A stretch of DNA of 64,000 nucleotides, taken from positions 75,091 through 139,090 of the forward strand of contig JBBSWN010000010.1 in the NCBI GenBank assembly GCA_038046265.1. The letters run 5' to 3'. The notes beneath the pieces are model-generated. The model worked only from the letters and a program-made list of their open reading frames with translations. It had not been told where the DNA came from and did no database searches. The translations under genes were made by a program, and so were the position numbers. Source of the stretch: Nanobdellota archaeon (GTDB lineage: Archaea > Nanobdellota > Nanobdellia > SCGC-AAA011-G17 > JACPIM01). Positions 58,885 through 64,000 of this stretch are shown here, one piece after another. The first letter of the stretch is position 1. Every line of letters starts with the position of its first letter.

Positions 58885-60324
58885 TTATTCAGGGGGGCGC
58901 CCTGATCCTCCTGCTAATAAGGCTGCTGCTCCGAGAACGTATTTTCTTAAGATAGGCCAATTATCTATGTTTTTTATTTTTCTGAAAATTACTTTTGGCC
59001 TGAAATAGAAACTTTTTAATGCCAATCTCTGCATTGCTTTTAATTCTTCTGATGTTCTGCCATGAGTTGTCCAAGGAAGCTGGTCGTCTGAGAAACCACC
59101 CCAGGTTTGATAATTATCCCAGTCTGCCTGGCTTGATGTTAAAATGCCGTGTTCTTTTGCATCTTTATACAACTGGGTGCCTGGATATGGAATTGTTACT
59201 GTGAACTGGGCCCAGTCTGGATCTAATTCTTTTGCAAAATTGATCGTTGCCATGTCATCATCTTTTGATGCTCCTGGCAGACCAATCATAAAGTAACCTC
59301 TTGTTTCTAATCCAGCTTCTCTAGCCCACTTGAAAGCATTTCTTATTTGATCGAGGGTTGCATCTTTATGAATAGTATCAATTAATTTTTGAGTTCCGCC
59401 TTCAACACCAAAATGAATACCACCACAACCAGCTGACTTCATTTTTTTTAATAATTCTAAATCAACTAATCCTGCTCTTGTAATGCAGTCCCAAATCATT
59501 TTTTCATTTAACTTTTCTTTTATTATTGCATCACATAATTCTATTGTTCTTTTTTTGCTTAATGTAAAGGTATCATCTCTTATTAGAATTTCTTTTGCTC
59601 CAAAATCATTAACTAACATTTTCATTTCTTCTACGACTCTTGGAACTGAGTGCATTCTATATCCGGTATTTGCTGTTGAACAAAATGTACATCTATAAGG
59701 ACATCCTCTTGTTGTTACCATAGTATAAGCTGGAAGTCTTTTGTAATAAGAAACAGAAGGCCTGTATAAATTCATTTTTATTAACTTTCTGTCTGGTATT
59801 GGAAAAAAATCTAAATCCTGGATTTTCGGTTTTGGTTCATTTTTAATTGTAATTCCATTTTCTTTGTAAACAATGCCTTTTACATTATTTAACGGGATAT
59901 TTTTTTCAAAAGCATCCAGAATTTCCTTAAAAGTAACTTCTGCTTCACCAATTGTAACAATATCAATGCATTCTTCCTGCGCTGTTTCCATTGGCCTTAC
60001 TGATGCATGAGAACCACCAACAATTGTTTTAATATTTGGATTTACTTTTTTAGTAATTTTACAAACTCCCAATGATTGAGAAAACATTGATGTAAGCATT
60101 GCAACACCAACAACATCATAATTATTATTTTTTATATGAAGCTCTAATTCTTCTGTAGAAATTCCTTCTGCCTCACAATCTAGGATTTCAGCTTTGTGGC
60201 CATTATGATTGAGAAAAGTAGCGATATATAATAGGCTTAATGGTTCAGATTTAGGACCTACTTTTTTACCTAATTTTTTCCAATAGCCGTTGTCTAATGA
60301 CGGCATTACTAATAGTGCTTTCAT
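58885..60324 (-). CDS. B12-binding radical SAM enzyme
   Basis: Cobalamin-binding N-terminal domain, followed by CPYRCTFC. Confidence 0.75.
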   Translation of the reverse strand: MKALLVMPSLDNGYWKKLGKKVGPKSEPLSLLYIATFLNHNGHKAEILDCEAEGISTEELELHIKNNNYDVVGVAMLTSMFSQSLGVCKITKKVNPNIKTIVGGSHASVRPMETAQEECIDIVTIGEAEVTFKEILDAFEKNIPLNNVKGIVYKENGITIKNEPKPKIQDLDFFPIPDRKLIKMNLYRPSVSYYKRLPAYTMVTTRGCPYRCTFCSTANTGYRMHSVPRVVEEMKMLVNDFGAKEILIRDDTFTLSKKRTIELCDAIIKEKLNEKMIWDCITRAGLVDLELLKKMKSAGCGGIHFGVEGGTQKLIDTIHKDATLDQIRNAFKWAREAGLETRGYFMIGLPGASKDDDMATINFAKELDPDWAQFTVTIPYPGTQLYKDAKEHGILTSSQADWDNYQTWGGFSDDQLPWTTHGRTSEELKAMQRLALKSFYFRPKVIFRKIKNIDNWPILRKYVLGAAALLAGGSGRPPE

Positions 60325-60337
60325 TTTAACCTTTTTT

Positions 60338-60386
60338 ACCCTTTTTACGAAAAGCGTTCACGTAAAAACGCAAAGCTTAACCAAAG
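60338..60386 (-). repeat. Recurrent upstream motif, copy upstream of the B12-rSAM gene 58885..60324
   Basis: ACCCTTTTTACGAAAAGCGTTCACGTAAAAACGCAAAGCTTAACCAAAG. Confidence 0.5.
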
Positions 60387-60468
60387 ATCTTTAACTATAG
60401 TTGATTTTAAATGTTTATATTTTAATGCTTTAAATATTTTTATATATTTTCTTATTTTCTTGTTTTTT

Positions 60469-61332
60469 ATGGAATTTAAGAATTTAACTGAAAATGTCAA
60501 AATTCCAGTTCTAGGTTTGGGAACTGGGGGGTTTGGGAGTGTTTTTGACACTTTAGCTTTAAAGAACAGGAAAAGCGTTTCTATTATTCAAGAGGCGATA
60601 AAATTAGGTGTAACTCATATTGACACTGCTGAATTATATGCTAATGGGTATTGCGAAAAATTGGTTGGGGAAGCTATAAATGAGTTTAAAAGAGAAGATT
60701 TATTTATAACTACAAAAGTTTCTCCTGATAATTTAAAGTATAATGATCTAATAAATTCTGCCAAAAACAGCCTGAAAAGATTACAGACTAAATATATTGA
60801 TTTATATTTAATTCATAATTATAATCCAAATATTCCTTTAAAGGAAACAATGGAAGCAATGGATTTTTTAGTTGAACAAAAATTAGTGAGACTTATTGGG
60901 GTAAGCAATTTTACAGTTGAAGAGTTAAAAGAAGCCCAGAAATTCACAAAAAACAGAATAACTGCAAACCAGATTGAGTATAATTTGTTTTATAGAAACA
61001 AGACTACAAACGGGTTTTTAAAAAACCAGAACATTGAAATGGAGTCTAAGATAATTCCTTATTGCCAAGAAAACAACATAATTATTATTGCTTACAGGCC
61101 ATTGGCAAAGGGAGAGTTGTTTAAGAAGGAAATTCCTATTTTAGATGAATTATGCAGAAAGTACAATAAGACAAGAGCACAAATTGCCTTGAACTGGTTA
61201 ATTTCTAAAGACAAAGTTGTTACAATACCAAAATCTTCTAATTTAGAGCATATTAAAGAGAATTTAGGAGCTTTAGGATGGAGAATGGAGAAAGAAGATT
61301 TAGAGAAATTGGATAAAATTGAATTTTCTTAG
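60469..61332 (+). CDS. Aldo/keto reductase
   Basis: MEFKNL...IPVLGLGTG and the AKR TIM-barrel motifs. The ATG is at 60469; the track's start is TTG. Confidence 0.75.
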   Translation: MEFKNLTENVKIPVLGLGTGGFGSVFDTLALKNRKSVSIIQEAIKLGVTHIDTAELYANGYCEKLVGEAINEFKREDLFITTKVSPDNLKYNDLINSAKNSLKRLQTKYIDLYLIHNYNPNIPLKETMEAMDFLVEQKLVRLIGVSNFTVEELKEAQKFTKNRITANQIEYNLFYRNKTTNGFLKNQNIEMESKIIPYCQENNIIIIAYRPLAKGELFKKEIPILDELCRKYNKTRAQIALNWLISKDKVVTIPKSSNLEHIKENLGALGWRMEKEDLEKLDKIEFS

Positions 61333-61406
61333 TTTTATATTAATCTAATAGTAGTAACAAATAGAAAGGTTTATAAACTAAATTTTTACTAGAAAATTAA
61401 AGAAAA

Positions 61407-62369
61407 ATGTCAAATCCAAACCACAAAGCAAAGAGAGATTATCTTGTTGGGAAGCTTATAGACGGGGCTTTGGCTCTTTCTGAGTTGTTTTATCAAAACT
61501 TAACGAATCCAGCAACTGACAGCAAATGTTTAGCCAGATCTCTTAATGACAAATATGATTTGACTAAAAACCAAAGAGGTAAATTAAGACAAATCTCTAA
61601 TAAAATTGAAAGAGCAAAAAGTATTGTTGGTTTTTTAACTTCTGAGTATCAATTAGGACAAAAAGGAAATTTCGAAAAAAGACAGGCGTTGTATAGATTA
61701 ATTTATGGAAAAGAACCTCCAAAAGAATTTACTATAAAACCACATTCTTTTACTATGGGTGTTTATGCTCAAAAAGAGTGCTTTAAAGAAGATGTAATGG
61801 GTGATGCTGGATCTTTAGATGTTACTATAAATGATGTGTTAAGAGATAATGGGGAAGAGATAAAGAAAGGGACTTTTAGATTTAGAAATTTAGATAATTT
61901 AGTTTTTAGAGTAAATTGTGATGATCCTGATTTTTTAGCTGAATATAAGGAAAAAGGGTTAGGAAATACTTTTGTTGAAAGGCATGAAATAAAACATATT
62001 ATTGATATATTGTGCTGGGACTATAGTGATTTTTCTGATGAATTATCTGCTGACATGTTTGCAGGACATTGGGACAGAACAAGCATTTATTTGGGAACAA
62101 TGGCTGTGGAGGCAAAAGTAAAAAAGATGAAAAGAGATTTAGAAAGATTAAAGAAAGAAGGATGCCCTGAAATTGCAATTAAGTTAAAAGAAGATGCTTT
62201 ATCTAAGGTAGAAAAATCATTTAGAGATTTTTTAGCTATTTCATTAGATGATTTAAAGGAAGTTAGCGATAACTTAGACAATACTGCTTTATCTTACGTT
62301 GTTGGGATGATTCCTTCTAGAGAGTTAGCTAGAAAAATTAAATTAATTAAAGAACATTTGAAAAAATAA
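61407..62369 (+). CDS. Hypothetical protein with an HExxH motif (possible zinc metallopeptidase)
   Basis: Contains VERHEIKHIID. Confidence 0.35.
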   Translation: MSNPNHKAKRDYLVGKLIDGALALSELFYQNLTNPATDSKCLARSLNDKYDLTKNQRGKLRQISNKIERAKSIVGFLTSEYQLGQKGNFEKRQALYRLIYGKEPPKEFTIKPHSFTMGVYAQKECFKEDVMGDAGSLDVTINDVLRDNGEEIKKGTFRFRNLDNLVFRVNCDDPDFLAEYKEKGLGNTFVERHEIKHIIDILCWDYSDFSDELSADMFAGHWDRTSIYLGTMAVEAKVKKMKRDLERLKKEGCPEIAIKLKEDALSKVEKSFRDFLAISLDDLKEVSDNLDNTALSYVVGMIPSRELARKIKLIKEHLKK

Positions 62370-62398
62370 TTGAGATTATAGACTTTTATTTATATATA

Positions 62399-63283
62399 TT
62401 ACTTTCTAACAGAATCTGCGAAGAAACCAAATAAGACTATCTGGACGCCTACTACTATTAAAAGCATTGTTAGAATTTGGGAAGGTATGTGGCCTACTTG
62501 CCCTGTTGTTATAAAGAAGTAAATTAATCTTAAGCCAATTAAAAAACCCACTAAAATAAATGTCAAGCCTATTGAGCCAAAGAATTTTAATGGTTCAAAG
62601 TCACGGTAAATTCTTAATATATTTATCCAGGCTTTTAATGCATAATCAAGAGAATTTTTAAACAACCTGCTGTCTCTTGTTTTGTTAGTTGTAATTGGGA
62701 TTTCTGCTATTCTCATTTTTGCTTTTCCTGCTCTTATTAATTGTTCTTGAGTGTATGTAAAAGTGTTGATTAAAGGAAGTTCTGCCACTTCTTTTCTAAA
62801 TGCCCTAAATCCAGTTGTTGTATCTCTTAATTTTGTTTTTAACAAGCTGGAGAAGACTTTTGCAAATGCTACGTTTCCTAACTTTTTCATTAAAGAGCCT
62901 GAGTACTGGCCCTGCCCAAATCTACTTCCCAGAACTAAGTCATAACCTTCCTGGATTTTTTTTATTAAATGAGGTATATACTGAGAAGGATATTGATTGT
63001 CGGCATCTGTATGAACTATGATGTCTGCATTTAATTCCAAGCATTTTTCCATTTCTGTTTTGAATGTCTCTGCAAGTCCTTTATTTCTTGAGTGTGAGAA
63101 GACAATAGCCCCTTTTTCCTTTGCAACTTCAACTGTCTTGTCTCTAGAGCCATCATTTATAACTAAAATTTTATAATTATAATTATTTGAATTCATTATA
63201 TTTTTTATTTCATCAATTACTTTAGGCAGAGTGTTTTCTTCATTATACGCTGGTATTGTTACAACTATAAGTTCTTTTGACAT
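62399..63283 (-). CDS. Glycosyltransferase family 2 with C-terminal TM helices (dolichyl-phosphate hexose synthase-like)
   Basis: IPAYNEENTL and TDADNQ motifs, with 2 C-terminal TM helices. Confidence 0.7.
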   Translation of the reverse strand: MSKELIVVTIPAYNEENTLPKVIDEIKNIMNSNNYNYKILVINDGSRDKTVEVAKEKGAIVFSHSRNKGLAETFKTEMEKCLELNADIIVHTDADNQYPSQYIPHLIKKIQEGYDLVLGSRFGQGQYSGSLMKKLGNVAFAKVFSSLLKTKLRDTTTGFRAFRKEVAELPLINTFTYTQEQLIRAGKAKMRIAEIPITTNKTRDSRLFKNSLDYALKAWINILRIYRDFEPLKFFGSIGLTFILVGFLIGLRLIYFFITTGQVGHIPSQILTMLLIVVGVQIVLFGFFADSVRK

Positions 63284-63486
63284 TTTCGAGAATTAATACT
63301 TTAAGTGCTTTTTAAAGCTTCTGATAGGCTTTTAGAAAAAGCCTAAACAAAAACTATTGGAAGATTTTTACTTGTTTAAAAAGGGTTTTGAAAAACTTAC
63401 GAATTTAATTCTGCAAAATCGAAAATATTTCGAAAATTTTTGGGAAGTTATTATAAAGAATTTTGCATTATAAAATAATGTGAAAA

Positions 63487-63558
63487 GCCATCGTAAGTTA
63501 ATGGTAAACTATTGGGCTCGTCACCCCGGCAATGCGAGTTCGAATCTCGCCGATGGCT
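63487..63558 (+). tRNA. tRNA, probable anticodon CGU (Thr), atypical anticodon arm
   Basis: 72-nt cloverleaf folded by hand. Acceptor GCCATCG/CGATGGC, D arm AGTT/AACT with a GG loop, T arm GCGAG-TTCGAAT-CTCGC. The anticodon stem has one T-C mismatch, and loop CTCGTCA has C at position 37. Confidence 0.55.
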
Positions 63559-63615
63559 CACAATAGCTAAGCTATCAAAAGTTAATTAGTATTTAGAATT
63601 TATAAGGTTATTGGT

Positions 63616-64000
63616 TTAATTTGTATAAAGATCAATGTGCAGCATTTTCTTTCCAAAGTAAATTCCAACATATCTGTCTGGTTTTGCTTTTCTATATTCT
63701 CTTTTTGGTGTTGAAATTATTATTTCATTTGAGTTTTCTATGTTACCTAATTTTGCCAGTGTTTTTACTATTTCTTCAAGATTATCTTCTGTTTGAAATA
63801 ATGTTTGAAGAAATTTTTCTGCAAGAGTATAGTATTCATTTTTTAGTGAATTTACTTTTCTTATATTGAGAATAGGAACTCCAACTCTTCTTTCTAGGTT
63901 TGAGTCTTTTAAAACACCGAGAAGATTTTTATCATTGAATCTTACTTGAGTGGTTGTTCTTAAGAAGAGTTCTCGACCGAATTTTTCGCTTTTTCCTAAT
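63616..64000 (-). CDS. Hypothetical protein (partial; the N-terminus lies beyond the window end)
   Basis: Manual minus-strand translation gives an open frame of more than 125 codons (...VGVPILNIRKVN...YVGIYFGKKMLHIDLYTN*). The stop is at 63616-63618. Confidence 0.35.
   Translation of the reverse strand, partial: LGKSEKFGRELFLRTTTQVRFNDKNLLGVLKDSNLERRVGVPILNIRKVNSLKNEYYTLAEKFLQTLFQTEDNLEEIVKTLAKLGNIENSNEIIISTPKREYRKAKPDRYVGIYFGKKMLHIDLYTN

Noticed and set aside
58890-58904. GC-rich near-palindrome CAGGGGGGCGCCCTG
   Set aside because: It lies inside the C-terminal codons of the B12-rSAM gene (…GGSGRPPE), and the symmetry is imperfect. It is probably coincidental rather than a terminator.
60345-60551. 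68-aa minus-strand ORF
   Set aside because: It spans the recurrent upstream motif and promoter region, and overlaps the start of the aldo/keto reductase gene. It is probably non-coding.
63621-63869. 82-aa plus-strand ORF
   Set aside because: Antisense to the longer open frame that continues to the window end on the minus strand. Its L/F-rich composition is typical of antisense artefacts.
1-64000. CRISPR arrays, rRNA genes and transposases
   Set aside because: No regularly spaced direct repeats, no rRNA-like GC-rich structured stretches, and no transposase or integrase-like ORFs were seen. The only mobile-type elements are the intein endonuclease and the toxin-antitoxin pair.

Overview
This window looks archaeal and AT-rich, with lysine-rich proteins, and is probably from a reduced-genome (DPANN-like) lineage. 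That placement is inferred from gene order and composition only, because no homology search was possible.

**Left third (1 to 16.7 kb).** The minus strand carries an almost complete ribosomal-protein super-operon. The order is L3, L4, L23, a 105-aa unknown ORF, L2, S19, L22, S3, L29, SUI1/eIF1, RNase P Rpp29, S17, L14, L24, S4e, L5, S14, S8, L6, L32e, L19e, L18, S5, L30, L15, SecY, a DUF106 insertase, an in-frame L34e::L14e fusion, and prefoldin alpha. The adk and cmk genes usually found in this operon are absent. A partial NAD kinase gene and a hypothetical gene sit at the left edge.

**Right two-thirds (17.7 to 63.3 kb).** This is one large cell-surface glycan biosynthesis island. It contains:
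- about 11 glycosyltransferases (GT2, GT4, a GT9-GT2 fusion, and GT-C/PMT-like membrane enzymes);
- RmlB and an RmlD-like reductase;
- a module for a di-N-acetylated amino sugar (dehydratase, DegT aminotransferase, hexapeptide acetyltransferase);
- an AsnB amidotransferase and a Wzx-type flippase;
- eight radical SAM enzymes, five with an N-terminal B12-binding domain and three SPASM/twitch type;
- a VapBC toxin-antitoxin pair, a stand-alone receiver domain, and several unknown proteins.

The RmlB gene is interrupted by a 368-aa intein with a LAGLIDADG endonuclease domain. A GC-containing motif of about 35 nt recurs just upstream of at least five minus-strand genes. One tRNA lies near the right end. 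No rRNA, CRISPR array or transposase was seen.
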